Assembly: GCA_035623825.1 (NCBI GenBank)
Contig: DASPSR010000062.1
Span: 64,001 to 128,000, forward strand
Length of the DNA stretch: 64,000 nt
Direction of reading: 5' to 3'
From: Nitrospirota bacterium
Lineage (GTDB): Bacteria > Nitrospirota > UBA9217
The notes beneath the pieces are model-generated. The model was given only the letters and a program-made list of their open reading frames with translations, was not told where the DNA came from and did no database searches. Of the stretch, positions 20,204-31,251 are shown one piece after another. A program made the translations under genes and the position numbers. The stretch's first letter is position 1. Every line of letters starts with the position of its first letter.

Positions 20204-21679
20204 ATGGCGTACGAAAATTTGAGAGATTTTTTGGCGCTCTTGGAGAAAGAAGGGGAACTGGTAAGGATCAGAGCTGAAGTTGATGCTGATCTCGAGATTG
20301 CCGAGATCACGGACCGGGTTTCGAAGCAGAAGGGTGCGGAGAATAAAGCTCTTCTGTTCGAGCGAGTGAAGGATTCACGATTTCCCGTTCTCACCAATGC
20401 ATTCGGTTCCGCCAAAAGGATCTGCCGGGCCCTCGAGGTAGAAGATCTCGATGAAATAGGCCGACGCATCAAGGATATCATTGATCCGACGAATCTGTTC
20501 CCCGGGCCTGGCGCAGGGATCATGGACAAGATCCAGATGTTGCCGAAACTGACGGAGCTTGCGAAGTTCTTCCCGAAAACAGTCAAAAAAGCGCCCTGCC
20601 AGGAAGTAGTCCTTGCGGGCGAGCAGGTCGACCTTTCTCGCCTCCCCGTGCTCAAATGCTGGCCCGCCGATGGCGGTCGATTTATCACGCTTCCCATGGT
20701 CTGCACCGTCGATCCGGTTACGAAGATCACGAACGTCGGCATGTACCGGATGCAGGTCTTTGACCATCAGACCACCGGTATGCACTGGCATAAGCACAAG
20801 GACGGGGCCCGTCACTACCAGCATTACGAGGCGGCGGGGAGGCGCATGGAGTTGGCGGTTGCCATAGGTGGCGACCCTTCCATTATCTATTCTTCTACGG
20901 CGCCGCTCCCGCCTGCAATTGGAGAGTTTCTCTTTGCAGGTTTTCTCCGGGAAAAGCCGCTTGAAGTCGTCCCATGCAAAACCGTGGATGTGAGGGTCCC
21001 TGCGGAGGCGGAGTTCGTCCTTGAGGGGTTTGTTGATCCGAACGAACGAAGGATTGAAGGACCGTTTGGAGATCATACCGGTTATTATTCCGAGGCGGAC
21101 GAATATCCCGTGTTCCATATCACGGCCATCACCCACCGGAAGGACGCGATCTACCCTGCTACACTCGTCGGCCGCCCGCCGCAGGAAGACGCATACCTCG
21201 GCAAGGCCACGGAGAGGATATTCCTGCCGCTCCTCCAGATGGTTGCACCAGATATCTTGGATATGGATATGCCCATTGAAGGCGTTTTTCACAACAACGT
21301 GATCGTAAAGGTCAGGAAACGGTACCCGGGACAGGGCAAGAAGGTCATCAACACCATCTGGGGTACCGGGATGCTCATGCTCTCAAAGTTCGTCATTGTC
21401 TGCGACGAGGACGTTAATATTCATGATTATTCCGAGGTGACCTGGAAAATCATGAACCATGTCGACCCCCAGCGCGATGTGGTGATTACGGACGGCCCTC
21501 TCGATATCCTCGACCACTCGTGTCCGCAGATCGGGTTCGGCGGCAAAATGGGCATTGACGCTACCCGCAAGGGTCCTGGAGAAGGATTTATGCGACCCTG
21601 GCCCGATGAAATCAAGATGGATCCGCAGATTCAGCGTAAGGTGGACGAGCGGTGGAAGGAGTACGGTTTCCGGTCATGA
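20204..21679 (+). CDS. ubiD: UbiD-family decarboxylase (menaquinone pathway type)
   Basis: EGPFGDHTGYY; GMYRMQ. Confidence 0.9.
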   Translation: MAYENLRDFLALLEKEGELVRIRAEVDADLEIAEITDRVSKQKGAENKALLFERVKDSRFPVLTNAFGSAKRICRALEVEDLDEIGRRIKDIIDPTNLFPGPGAGIMDKIQMLPKLTELAKFFPKTVKKAPCQEVVLAGEQVDLSRLPVLKCWPADGGRFITLPMVCTVDPVTKITNVGMYRMQVFDHQTTGMHWHKHKDGARHYQHYEAAGRRMELAVAIGGDPSIIYSSTAPLPPAIGEFLFAGFLREKPLEVVPCKTVDVRVPAEAEFVLEGFVDPNERRIEGPFGDHTGYYSEADEYPVFHITAITHRKDAIYPATLVGRPPQEDAYLGKATERIFLPLLQMVAPDILDMDMPIEGVFHNNVIVKVRKRYPGQGKKVINTIWGTGMLMLSKFVIVCDEDVNIHDYSEVTWKIMNHVDPQRDVVITDGPLDILDHSCPQIGFGGKMGIDATRKGPGEGFMRPWPDEIKMDPQIQRKVDERWKEYGFRS

Positions 21680-21706
21680 GATCAGGATTTTCTCATCCCG
21701 TCGCTT

Positions 21707-23056
21707 ATGTGGCTGATCGACATTTTCCTTATTTTTTCGCTGATCATAGTAAACGGCTTTTTCGCAACCTCCGAGATCGCTCTCATCTCCCTGCGTAAAA
21801 GCCGCGTAAGACATCTCGTCAAGACCGGGAATCCCACGGCCAAACGAGTGCAGAAACTGCAGGAGGAGCCGGAGAGGTTCCTGGCCGCCGTGCAGATCGG
21901 CGTGACTCTGGTAGGGACCCTGGCCTCTACCCTCGGCGGCGTGATCGCTGTCGAACGCATCAAGCCGTTCTTGAGCGAAGCCCCCCTAGAGTTCATCCGA
22001 AAGGGCGCAGAGCCTATCGCCGTGGGGATCGTCGTGACTATAATCACGTACTTTACCCTCGTGGCCGGCGAGCTGGTACCGAAGTCCCTCGCGCTCCGCT
22101 ATTCCGAGAGGATCGCGTTCATGGCCGCGGCTCCCATCGATTTCATCTCGAAGGTCTTCAGGGTCGTCCTGCGCCTGCTCCTGACGTCGAGCAACATCGT
22201 ATTACGCTTCTTCAAGCCCGCCGAATCGCAGGAATCGCTTCAGATCTCCGAAGATGAGGTCAAGTACCTCATCCGCGAGGGGCGCAAGAGCGGGGTTTTC
22301 GAGCCGTCCGAGGAGGATCTGATCCACAGCGTGTTCAAGTTTACTGACACGGTGGTGAAGGAAGTGATGGTCCCCCGGACCGACATCGTAGCGGTCCCAT
22401 CAGGAACGGGCGTGGAAGAGATCCTTCGTATCATGAATGAAAGGGGGTTCTCGCGCCTGCCGGTATATTCCGGGACCGTCGACAATGTCATCGGCCTGGT
22501 ATATCTTAAAGACGTCCTGCAGCTCCATATGGCGGACAAGCCCTTTCAGCTCGACCGCGTGCTGCGTAAGCCCTATATCGTCCCTCCCAACAAGAACGTG
22601 AGCGTGCTGCTCAAGGAAATGCGTGAAAAACGGATTCATCTTGCGCTCGTAATGGATGAGTATGGCGGCACCGACGGGCTCGTCACGATGGAGGACCTCA
22701 TCGAAGAGATCGTCGGCGACATCAGGGACGAGCAGGAAAAAGAGCTCCGCGAGATCGACGAGATCGCAGCGAACCGCTATATTGTCGACGGGAAGACGGA
22801 CATTGGCAAGGTAAACGAGCGTGTCGGGGTGATACTTCCGGAAGAAGAGTTCGAGACCGTCGGCGGTTTCGTGCTGGGGCTCTTCGGAAGGCTGCCGGCC
22901 GAGGGAGACCAGGTCAGGTACGATAATCTGATGTTTACGGTGCTCCGCCTGCGGAAAAACCGTATCGCCCGGATCAGGATACTTAAGCTGTTGCCTGAAA
23001 ACCACGCGCAGGAGGAAGAAGAAAGAGGAGAAGATGAAGACACCGTTAGTTCTTGA
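21707..23056 (+). CDS. Hemolysin/CorC-family CNNM-CBS protein
   Basis: DUF21 TM domain, GELVPK, FSRLPV, DEYGG, CorC_HlyC tail. Confidence 0.92.
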   Translation: MWLIDIFLIFSLIIVNGFFATSEIALISLRKSRVRHLVKTGNPTAKRVQKLQEEPERFLAAVQIGVTLVGTLASTLGGVIAVERIKPFLSEAPLEFIRKGAEPIAVGIVVTIITYFTLVAGELVPKSLALRYSERIAFMAAAPIDFISKVFRVVLRLLLTSSNIVLRFFKPAESQESLQISEDEVKYLIREGRKSGVFEPSEEDLIHSVFKFTDTVVKEVMVPRTDIVAVPSGTGVEEILRIMNERGFSRLPVYSGTVDNVIGLVYLKDVLQLHMADKPFQLDRVLRKPYIVPPNKNVSVLLKEMREKRIHLALVMDEYGGTDGLVTMEDLIEEIVGDIRDEQEKELREIDEIAANRYIVDGKTDIGKVNERVGVILPEEEFETVGGFVLGLFGRLPAEGDQVRYDNLMFTVLRLRKNRIARIRILKLLPENHAQEEEERGEDEDTVSS

Positions 23057-23918
23057 AACGAACCTTGCGGGGCTGAAGCCGCCGAAACGCGGTAAAGTGA
23101 GGGATATCTATGACCTCGGCGATACTCTCTTGATCGTGGCAACGGACCGTATTTCAGCGTTCGATGTCGTGCTGCCGAATGCGGTCCCGGAAAAGGGCAG
23201 GGTCCTTACCGCCATATCCAGATACTGGTTCTCGCACACCGAAAAAATAGTGCCGAACCACCTGATATCCGCAGATGTGAAGGATTACCCCGCCGTGTGC
23301 AGGCCCCACGCGAAGATCCTCGAAGGCAGAAGCATGCTGGTGAAAAAGGCGGAACCCCTTCCTGTGGAATGTATCGTACGCGGTTATCTGACCGGTTCCG
23401 GCCTCAAGGAGTACAAAGCGACCGGCGCGGTAAGCGGGAACAAACTCCCTCCCGGTCTGACCGAAGCATCCCGTCTGCCTGAGCCGATATTCGCCCCCTC
23501 GACCAAGGCAGAGGCGGGGCAGCATGATGTGAACATCGATTTTGGTACGGTCGTGAAGCTCGTCGGGGAAGAGACCGCCGGCAAAATCAAGAGATATACG
23601 CTTGCCGTCTATAAAAGGGCGTGTGAACTTGCGGAACCAAAAGGGATCATCATTGCCGATACAAAACTGGAATTCGGGATGTACGACGGTGAAATCATGC
23701 TCATTGACGAGGTCCTGACGCCCGATTCGTCCAGATTCTGGCCGAAGGACGATTATCGAGAAGGAGTTGTGCAGAAAAGTTTTGATAAGCAGTTTGTCCG
23801 CGATTATCTTCTCACTCTGTCATGGAACCAGCGCCCGCCGGCGCCCGCGCTCCCCGACGATGTGGTGCGAAAGACGAGCGAGAAATATCTCGATGTGCTC
23901 AGAATGCTGACCAGATGA
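23034..23918 (+). CDS. purC: SAICAR synthetase
   Basis: [26 protein letters not shown]. Confidence 0.97.
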   Translation: MKTPLVLETNLAGLKPPKRGKVRDIYDLGDTLLIVATDRISAFDVVLPNAVPEKGRVLTAISRYWFSHTEKIVPNHLISADVKDYPAVCRPHAKILEGRSMLVKKAEPLPVECIVRGYLTGSGLKEYKATGAVSGNKLPPGLTEASRLPEPIFAPSTKAEAGQHDVNIDFGTVVKLVGEETAGKIKRYTLAVYKRACELAEPKGIIIADTKLEFGMYDGEIMLIDEVLTPDSSRFWPKDDYREGVVQKSFDKQFVRDYLLTLSWNQRPPAPALPDDVVRKTSEKYLDVLRMLTR

Positions 23919-23927
23919 TGTTTGCCC

Positions 23928-23957
23928 TTGACACGTCTTGTGATGCGCCAGTATAAT
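23928..23957 (+). promoter_or_regulatory. Sigma70 promoter for lysS-lol
   Basis: TTGACA-18-TATAAT, both hexamers consensus. Confidence 0.8.
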
Positions 23958-23990
23958 CCGCAGTCAATCAACGTTTTCGAAAGGGATCTC

Positions 23991-25472
23991 ATGGACGATT
24001 ATAACGAGCTTATCCAGCAGCGATTCAAGAAGCTCGCTGAAATCAGCGCAATGGGGGAAAAGCCATATGCCGGCAGGTTCGCCGTATCGGCGTCAGCGCA
24101 TGAGCTTTTGAACAGGTATGAGCAGACGGGGAAGGAAGACCTCGACAAGGGACGCGTCCACGTAACCATAGCCGGAAGGATCATCGCCATGCGGAGCTTC
24201 GGCAAGGCGTGCTTCAGCCATATCCAGGACGGCTCCGGGAAGATCCAGCTCTATTTTCAGAAGAATACCCTTGGCGAGGAGCGTTTTGATTTTTTCAAAA
24301 AGATCGACATCGGCGATTTCATCGGCGTGAAGGGATTTTTGTTCCGCACCAGAACGAATGAGCTGACGGTGGATGTGGAGGACTTCACGCTCCTCTCAAA
24401 ATCCCTCCGCCCGCTGCCGGAGAAGTGGCACGGTCTGACGGACGTAGAACTCCGCTACCGCCAGCGGTATGTTGACCTCATCGTCAACCCGGAGGTAAAG
24501 CAGGTTTTCCTTCTCCGGACAAAGATCATACAGTCCATCCGCGCGTTCCTGAATGCGAGGGGGTATATCGAGGTAGAAACCCCCATGATGCAGACCATCC
24601 CCGGCGGGGCCGCGGCCAAACCGTTCAAGACGCACCACAATGCCCTGGACATGGACCTTTACCTCCGGATCGCCCCGGAATTGTATCTTAAACGCCTGCT
24701 GGTAGGCGGTTTTGAACGTGTCTACGAAATCAACCGTAATTTCCGGAATGAAGGCATTTCAACTCGCCATAACCCCGAATTTACCATGCTCGAGTTCTAC
24801 ACAGCCTATGCGGATTACCGCGATCTGCTCGATATGACCGAAGAGATGATCAGCACGGTCGCCAGGGATGTCCTCGGGACGACGGAGGTGGAATACGAGG
24901 GGCACAGGATCAATCTTACACCTCCGTGGAAACGCATTGCGTTCGTCGATTCCCTGCGAGAGGCAGGCGTGCCGGATGATGTCGTTGTTGATGAAGGGAA
25001 GGCGCGCGACTACGCAAAGAAGCTCGGCGCGAACCTGCAGGGGGGGGAACCGCTCGGGAAGCTTCTGAACGAGATATTCGAGGCGCTGGTCGAGCCGAAG
25101 CTGATCCAGCCGACCTTTGTCACGGATTATCCCACGGACATATCTCCTCTCTCCAAGAAACGGGATGATAATCCAGATTACGTGGAGCGCTTCGAACTGT
25201 TTGTCGTCGGCAGAGAGATCGCGAACGCGTTCTCCGAGCTGAGCGACCCCGTTGACCAGAAGGAACGTTTTCTGAGGCAGGTCTCCGAGCGCGAAGCGGG
25301 CGATGAAGAAGCGCATCAGATGGACGAGGACTTCATCCGGGCGCTGGAATACGGCATGCCGCCTGCGGCAGGCGAGGGCATCGGCATCGACCGCCTGGTG
25401 ATGCTGCTTACCGGATCCAGCTCCATAAGGGACGTGATCCTGTTTCCGCAGATGAAGAAGGAAAAACAGTGA
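23991..25472 (+). CDS. lysS: Lysine-tRNA ligase, class II
   Basis: YLRIAPELYLKRL, HNPEFT, GIGIDRL. Confidence 0.97.
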   Translation: MDDYNELIQQRFKKLAEISAMGEKPYAGRFAVSASAHELLNRYEQTGKEDLDKGRVHVTIAGRIIAMRSFGKACFSHIQDGSGKIQLYFQKNTLGEERFDFFKKIDIGDFIGVKGFLFRTRTNELTVDVEDFTLLSKSLRPLPEKWHGLTDVELRYRQRYVDLIVNPEVKQVFLLRTKIIQSIRAFLNARGYIEVETPMMQTIPGGAAAKPFKTHHNALDMDLYLRIAPELYLKRLLVGGFERVYEINRNFRNEGISTRHNPEFTMLEFYTAYADYRDLLDMTEEMISTVARDVLGTTEVEYEGHRINLTPPWKRIAFVDSLREAGVPDDVVVDEGKARDYAKKLGANLQGGEPLGKLLNEIFEALVEPKLIQPTFVTDYPTDISPLSKKRDDNPDYVERFELFVVGREIANAFSELSDPVDQKERFLRQVSEREAGDEEAHQMDEDFIRALEYGMPPAAGEGIGIDRLVMLLTGSSSIRDVILFPQMKKEKQ

Positions 25473-26704
25473 AAACTCCCTACGAGATATTCGTCAGTCT
25501 CCGGTATCTGAAGACCAAAAAGCGCTACGGAACCGTTTCGCTCAACACGTTCATCTCGATTGCGGGCGTGGTGATCGGCGTCGCAACGTCCATCATCACG
25601 CTTTCAGTGATGACCGGCTTTCAGGGATATTTCAGGGACAAGATTCTATCAGCCATATCACATATCGTGGTCATGGAATATTCGGGTATCGGAGTGAAAG
25701 ACGAGAAGGCCTTGCAGGAAAAAATCGCCAGAGTCCCTCACGTCGTGGCCACAACGCCGTTCATCATCAGCCAGGCAATGCTTGCCAGCAAGGACCGCGT
25801 GCAGGGTGTCGTGGTCAGGGGGATCAATCCGAAGACCGAGGGCACTGTAACAAGCCTGGCAAAGAATATCACCGCAGGCTCTCTGACGGACCTCGATGCA
25901 CCCGGGAAAAAATTGCCCGGAATCGTAATCGGCGAGGACCTTGCCCGCAAGTTCGGGGCGGACATCGGCGATACAATCACCATGGTAAACCCCATCGGCG
26001 AGGAAACGGCCATGGGCATGGTGCCCAAAATGAGGAAGTTCGAACTTGTCGGCATTTTCGACGCAGGGATGTATGACTATAATACCGGATTTGCCTATCT
26101 ATCCATGCAGGAAGCGCAAAAGTTCTTCGATATGCAGGGCCGCGTAAGCGGCATTCAAGTGCGCGTGGACGAGATCTACAGCGCTGACAAGATATCCGGC
26201 GCCATCCGCTCGGCCATCGGATATCCTTATTACACCCGCGACTGGATAGAGATGAACAAGAATTTCTTTTCAGCGCTTAAACTTGAAAAGATCGGCATGT
26301 CGCTTATTCTCGTCGTCATCATCATCGTAGCTTCATTCAACATCGTTGGCACGCTCACGATGATTGTAATGGAAAAGAATCGCGAGATCGCGATCCTGAA
26401 GTCCATGGGCGCGCCATCCGGAAGCATTATGCGGATTTTCATGTTCGCCGGACTGGTTATCGGGCTCCTAGGCACGATCATAGGATCTCTCATCGGTTAC
26501 GGGGCCGTGGTTCTCATCACTAAAACCGGGGTGATATCGCTGCCAAAAGATGTTTACCAGGTCAGCCACCTGCCGCTTTCCATCACCGGCCTGGATATCC
26601 TGTCCATAGCGGCCACGGCGCTCGGGATCAGTTTTCTCGCTACGCTGTATCCTTCATGGCAGGCCGCAAAACAGGATCCGGTGGAAGTGCTGAGGTACGA
26701 ATGA
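25469..26704 (+). CDS. lolC: Lipoprotein-releasing ABC permease LolC/E
   Basis: MacB_PCD + FtsX layout; EIAILKSMGA; DPVEVLRYE. Confidence 0.92.
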   Translation: MKTPYEIFVSLRYLKTKKRYGTVSLNTFISIAGVVIGVATSIITLSVMTGFQGYFRDKILSAISHIVVMEYSGIGVKDEKALQEKIARVPHVVATTPFIISQAMLASKDRVQGVVVRGINPKTEGTVTSLAKNITAGSLTDLDAPGKKLPGIVIGEDLARKFGADIGDTITMVNPIGEETAMGMVPKMRKFELVGIFDAGMYDYNTGFAYLSMQEAQKFFDMQGRVSGIQVRVDEIYSADKISGAIRSAIGYPYYTRDWIEMNKNFFSALKLEKIGMSLILVVIIIVASFNIVGTLTMIVMEKNREIAILKSMGAPSGSIMRIFMFAGLVIGLLGTIIGSLIGYGAVVLITKTGVISLPKDVYQVSHLPLSITGLDILSIAATALGISFLATLYPSWQAAKQDPVEVLRYE

Positions 26705-26753
26705 CGAGGCGACTTGAAATCATACGCTTGAAATCAAGCGTGAGGAGGATCTC

Positions 26754-26993
26754 ATGGCTCAAAGGGGCGGTAAAGTGAAAAGATTTTTATTGACCCTGAT
26801 TTTGCTAGCACTGATCATCATCGTATTCATTCTTTTGGGCGGGGGCGGCCTGCTGAAGTCCGCAGGCAAGTGGATCGGCGGCATGGGAAAGAAAGCTGAG
26901 GATATCAAGGGGACGCTCGAGCACAAGGCCACTACCATCGAGAAAACGGTCGAGAAGTTGAAAGAGAGCGATAAGCCGGGAGAGAAGAAATAA
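26754..26993 (+). CDS. Small membrane-anchored protein inserted between lolC and lolD
   Basis: GAGGAGG RBS; one TM helix plus amphipathic tail. Confidence 0.75.
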   Translation: MAQRGGKVKRFLLTLILLALIIIVFILLGGGGLLKSAGKWIGGMGKKAEDIKGTLEHKATTIEKTVEKLKESDKPGEKK

Positions 26994-27673
26994 CACGGCC
27001 ACTTATCCATATAGAGCAGCTTCGTAAGACTTTCATGAGCGGATCTGTAGATCTCCATGTGCTCGAAGGCATCGACCTCGACATCCGGAAGGGTGAAATG
27101 CTCGCCATCGTGGGCGCTTCCGGCGTGGGCAAAAGCACCTTTCTTCACATCATCGGAGGCCTTGACAGGCCATCCGCAGGAAAGGTATGGTACGGAGACC
27201 TTGATGTCTTCGGGCTGGACAACGACCGGATAGCACGGTTCCGGAACGAACGGGTGGGGTTCGTTTTCCAGTTCCATCATCTGCTTCCTGAGTTTTCCGC
27301 ACTTGAGAATGTCATGATGCCCGCGTTCATCCGGCGAATAGGCAGGGAAGAGGCCGCCGAGACAGCTGCCGGTTTGTTGAGGGACGTAGGGCTCGGAGCA
27401 CGCCTGCACCACCGTCCAGGAGAACTATCCGGCGGCGAGCAACAGCGCGTGGCCGTTGCAAGGGCGCTCGTTCTCAACCCGGATGTGGTGCTTGCCGACG
27501 AACCTACGGGAAACCTCGATTCGCATACGGGCGAGGCGATTCATGAGCTTCTGCAGGACATCAACAGGCAGAAAGGCATAACCTTTGTGATCGTGACGCA
27601 CAACGATAAGCTTGCCATCCGGGCGGACCGGGTGCTCAGAATGAGAGAGGGCAAGCTTACGCAGGAGAATTGA
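26990..27673 (+). CDS. lolD: Lipoprotein-releasing ABC ATPase; probable ATA start upstream of ATG 27035
   Basis: GASGVGKS, FQFHHLLPEF, LSGGEQQR; in-frame LIHIEQLRKTF precedes the ATG. Confidence 0.9.
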   Translation: MTRPLIHIEQLRKTFMSGSVDLHVLEGIDLDIRKGEMLAIVGASGVGKSTFLHIIGGLDRPSAGKVWYGDLDVFGLDNDRIARFRNERVGFVFQFHHLLPEFSALENVMMPAFIRRIGREEAAETAAGLLRDVGLGARLHHRPGELSGGEQQRVAVARALVLNPDVVLADEPTGNLDSHTGEAIHELLQDINRQKGITFVIVTHNDKLAIRADRVLRMREGKLTQEN

Positions 27674-27753
27674 CGGGTCATCTTCGCTAGCCCGGCCGCA
27701 AGCTCTGCGCCGCGGCATCCTCTTCCATCCAGAGCTTTGCCCTATCTTTTCCC

Positions 27754-27783
27754 TTGACTTTACACGGGGTTAAAAAGTATTAT
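27754..27783 (+). promoter_or_regulatory. Sigma70 promoter for the heme operon
   Basis: TTGACT-18-TATTAT. Confidence 0.6.
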
Positions 27784-27832
27784 AAAAAGTCCTATTCATC
27801 AAACCATTACATCTACATCGGGGAACGGGCCT

Positions 27833-28645
27833 ATGAATCTTCTTTTTTTTCAAGCAGCCATGGGGGTTTACCTGTGCGCGGCTGCGGGGTATCTAGCCTA
27901 CATCATCAAGCCGCAACGCACCTGGATCGCAGTGGCATCGCTCTGGGCCACGGTTGCCGGATACATTCTTCATGTTTCCTATTTTGCGTCACGATGGGCT
28001 GAGTCCGGACGTATCCCGATGACGAACTTCTTCGAGGCCGCCAATTTCCTCGGGATGGGGCTTGTGCTCGTGTACCTGGTCATGGAATTCAGGTTCAAGA
28101 TCGCCGCTCTGGGTTCATTCATGCTCCCGCTCGTGCTCATCCTCATGATCCCCACATTGGTGCTTTCCGGCAGGATCGAGGAAATGAAGCCTGTGCTCAA
28201 GAGCGGCTGGCTCGGGGTGCATACGAGCTTCGCGGTCCTAGGCGATGCCTCGTTCGCCTTTGCCTTTATCGTTTCGATCATGTACCTGATCCAGGAGCGC
28301 CAGCTCAAGACCAAACACCTGGGCGCGATATTCCACCGTCTGCCATCGCTCGATATCATGGATACGCTCGGCTACAAGGCGCTGACGTTCGGCTGGCCCC
28401 TTTTCACCCTGGGCATGATTAGCGGATCGATCTGGGCAAACAGCGCATGGGGCACGTACTGGAGCTGGGACCCGAAGGAGACCTGGTCGCTCATCACCTG
28501 GGTCATCTACCTGGTGCTGCTGCACCTCAGGACGATCGGCTGGCGCGGCAGGAAGATGGCCTTCCTCTCGATTGTCGGCTTCATGTTTGTTCTGGTCAGT
28601 TTCTTCGTCGTAAGCCGCGTGAATATTGGGAAGCATACGTTTTAA
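27833..28645 (+). CDS. ccsA: Cytochrome c assembly protein, CcsA/HemX type
   Basis: WWD-domain motif WGTYWSWDPKETW. Confidence 0.9.
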   Translation: MNLLFFQAAMGVYLCAAAGYLAYIIKPQRTWIAVASLWATVAGYILHVSYFASRWAESGRIPMTNFFEAANFLGMGLVLVYLVMEFRFKIAALGSFMLPLVLILMIPTLVLSGRIEEMKPVLKSGWLGVHTSFAVLGDASFAFAFIVSIMYLIQERQLKTKHLGAIFHRLPSLDIMDTLGYKALTFGWPLFTLGMISGSIWANSAWGTYWSWDPKETWSLITWVIYLVLLHLRTIGWRGRKMAFLSIVGFMFVLVSFFVVSRVNIGKHTF

Positions 28646-28656
28646 GGTGTTAAAAA

Positions 28657-30015
28657 ATGGGCATTATTGTCGTAGGGCTTAGTCACAAAACAGCGGCTAT
28701 CGAAGTGCGAGAGAAACTCAACTTTCCGGAAAGCACGCTTCCCGATGCGCTGAGAAAACTCATGGCATATGAAGGGGTCCGGGAAAGTCTCATCGTGTCC
28801 ACGTGCAACCGCGTGGAGATTTACGCTTCGGTACAAGAAAGCGCCAAGGGCATCGACCGCATCAAACAGTTCATTTCGGATTACCACGGTCTCTCGCGGG
28901 AAGCCTTGGAGCAGTCGCTTTACGTCTATCCCGATGCCCAGGGAGTGCGCCACACCTTCCGAGTCGCATCAAGTCTCGACTCCATGGTGCTTGGAGAAGC
29001 CCAGATCCTGGGGCAGCTCAAGGATGCCTTCGATATCGCCCTCAAGACCAAGACCACGAGCACCATCCTGAACAAACTGATCAAGAAGGCCATCTCCGTT
29101 GCGAAAAGGGTCCGCACTGAGACCAAGCTCGCAGAAGGGGCGGTTTCCATCAGTTCGGCCGCGGTCGAATTGGCTAAGAAGATATTCGGCGAACTGGAAG
29201 GCAAGAACGTCATGCTCTTGGGCGCCGGCGAGATGGCCGAACTCGCGGCTCAGCACCTCCTTGGCAATGGTGTGAAGAACATCATGGTGGCGAACCGCAC
29301 GTTCGAGCGCGCGGAAGAACTGGCCAAGGATTTCAAGGGTGACGCGATCCGGTTCGAACATTTCCCCGACGCACTCATGATGGTGGATATCCTGATCTGT
29401 GCGACCGGCGCCCCGAACTATGTCGTCAATCGCGACATGGCGGGCCGGGCCCTCAAGGAGCGGCGCCACAAGCCTATATTCATGATCGATATCTCGAATC
29501 CGAGGAATATCGATCCCGAGGTCGACAAGGTGGACAATGTCTATCTTTATGACATTGACGATCTTCAGAGCAAGGTCGACGTCAATACCGAAGGCAGGGC
29601 AAGGGAAGCGGGGAAGGCCGAAGAGATCGTGATGCAGGAGGTCGAGACCTACCTCGCGTGGGAGCGCGCCCTTGATGCGGTGCCGACCATTGTTGACCTT
29701 CGCGAGAAGGTAGAGGATGTCCGCAAGCGCGAATTGGAGAAGACCCTTGGCTTCTTGAACGGGATCACCGAAGACCAGAAACGGGCCGTAGAAGCCATGT
29801 CACAGGCCATTGTGAACAAGCTTCTTCACGCGCCCCTCGTGGTCCTGAAGCAGGCAGCCTCTGCCCCGGACGCCGGTGACAATACGATTGCCGTCGCACG
29901 AAAGCTGTTTAATCTCGACAGGGAGCTGAAACGGCCCACGCGCGAGAAGGTTGAGGAGTTGCCCGATCGAGAATTGCCAGAACAGGGATCAGGTTCAAAG
30001 AGTCCTTGCCGCTGA
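28657..30015 (+). CDS. hemA: Glutamyl-tRNA reductase
   Basis: STCNRVE, GEAQILGQ, GAGEM. Confidence 0.97.
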   Translation: MGIIVVGLSHKTAAIEVREKLNFPESTLPDALRKLMAYEGVRESLIVSTCNRVEIYASVQESAKGIDRIKQFISDYHGLSREALEQSLYVYPDAQGVRHTFRVASSLDSMVLGEAQILGQLKDAFDIALKTKTTSTILNKLIKKAISVAKRVRTETKLAEGAVSISSAAVELAKKIFGELEGKNVMLLGAGEMAELAAQHLLGNGVKNIMVANRTFERAEELAKDFKGDAIRFEHFPDALMMVDILICATGAPNYVVNRDMAGRALKERRHKPIFMIDISNPRNIDPEVDKVDNVYLYDIDDLQSKVDVNTEGRAREAGKAEEIVMQEVETYLAWERALDAVPTIVDLREKVEDVRKRELEKTLGFLNGITEDQKRAVEAMSQAIVNKLLHAPLVVLKQAASAPDAGDNTIAVARKLFNLDRELKRPTREKVEELPDRELPEQGSGSKSPCR

Positions 30016-30155
30016 TCCGGCCGGGAGTGATTGAAATAAGGTCAAGGTGCTGTCAGGGAGGAAACCGCGCGAATATGCCGACCCTGCGCACTGTCGATGA
30101 TCAAATCCGAACGGCGTAGATCCGCGGTTAATCGCGATATTCGAGGAGCATTTCA

Positions 30156-31121
30156 TTGAAAAGACAAAAGATCAAGATCGGCACACGCGGGAGTGCCCTT
30201 GCACTCTGGCAAGCAGAGTGGGTGAAGTCTGAGCTTGAGAAGAGATATCAGGGCATGACCGTAACGCTCACCAAGATCAAGACCACAGGGGACAAGATCC
30301 TGGATGTTCCGTTGGCGAAAGTGGGCGGCAAGGGCCTGTTCGTGAAGGAAATCGAAGAGGCCATGCTGGAGAATGAGATCGACATAGCGGTGCACAGCAT
30401 GAAGGACGTCCCGACCTTTTTCCCTGACGGGCTTCATCTGTCATGCATCACGAAGCGCGAGGACCCGAGAGATGCTCTTCTTTCGCGCAACGGGGTCAGC
30501 TTCAAAGATCTGCCCAAGGGAGCGAATGTGGGAACGAGCAGCCTTCGGCGCCAGGCCCAGATCATGAACATCAGGCCCGACTTCGTGATCCATCAGCTTC
30601 GCGGGAACGTCGACACACGGCTCCGTAAGCTCAAGGAAGGGCAGTTCGATGCAATCATCCTTGCCGCGGCAGGGATCAAGCGGCTCGGACTTGCCGAGAA
30701 TGTGACGGAATACATCGATCCGGAGATCAGCCTGCCCGCCATCGGCCAGGGGGCGCTCGGCATCGAGTGCCGGGTCGACGACCGGGAGCTGAACGACCTG
30801 ATCGCGTTCTTTAACCATGCTGACAGCCGGACCTGCGTCACGGGAGAACGCGCCCTCCTCAGGAGGCTCGAAGGCGGATGCCAGGTCCCCATAGCCTGCT
30901 ACGGCCGGATGGAAGAGGGAAAACTCCACCTCACAGGTCTTGTAGGCAGCGTTGACGGGAAGAGGATCGTAAAAGATACCATCGAAGGCGCACCCGACAA
31001 GGCGGAGAAGCTTGGCGTTACCCTGGCTGAGAAGCTCCTGCTGCAGGGCGCCGATGTGATCCTTCGGGAAGTCTACGGACATAATACGGACTTCAGCGGC
31101 AACAACCTGCTGGACAATTAG
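30156..31121 (+). CDS. hemC: Hydroxymethylbilane synthase
   Basis: GTRGSALALWQ, VHSMKD, LEGGCQVP. Confidence 0.97.
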   Translation: MKRQKIKIGTRGSALALWQAEWVKSELEKRYQGMTVTLTKIKTTGDKILDVPLAKVGGKGLFVKEIEEAMLENEIDIAVHSMKDVPTFFPDGLHLSCITKREDPRDALLSRNGVSFKDLPKGANVGTSSLRRQAQIMNIRPDFVIHQLRGNVDTRLRKLKEGQFDAIILAAAGIKRLGLAENVTEYIDPEISLPAIGQGALGIECRVDDRELNDLIAFFNHADSRTCVTGERALLRRLEGGCQVPIACYGRMEEGKLHLTGLVGSVDGKRIVKDTIEGAPDKAEKLGVTLAEKLLLQGADVILREVYGHNTDFSGNNLLDN

Positions 31122-31251
31122 CTTGAATGGAGGCGGAAAGCATTGGGTCGAAGGCGGAGCATGAGCGCGCACGCAATGCTCCATGCCCCCTGCCTTCTGC
31201 CGGGAGAGTTTTCCAGCCATCACGCCCCGCACGTATAGCAGTAACGGAAAA

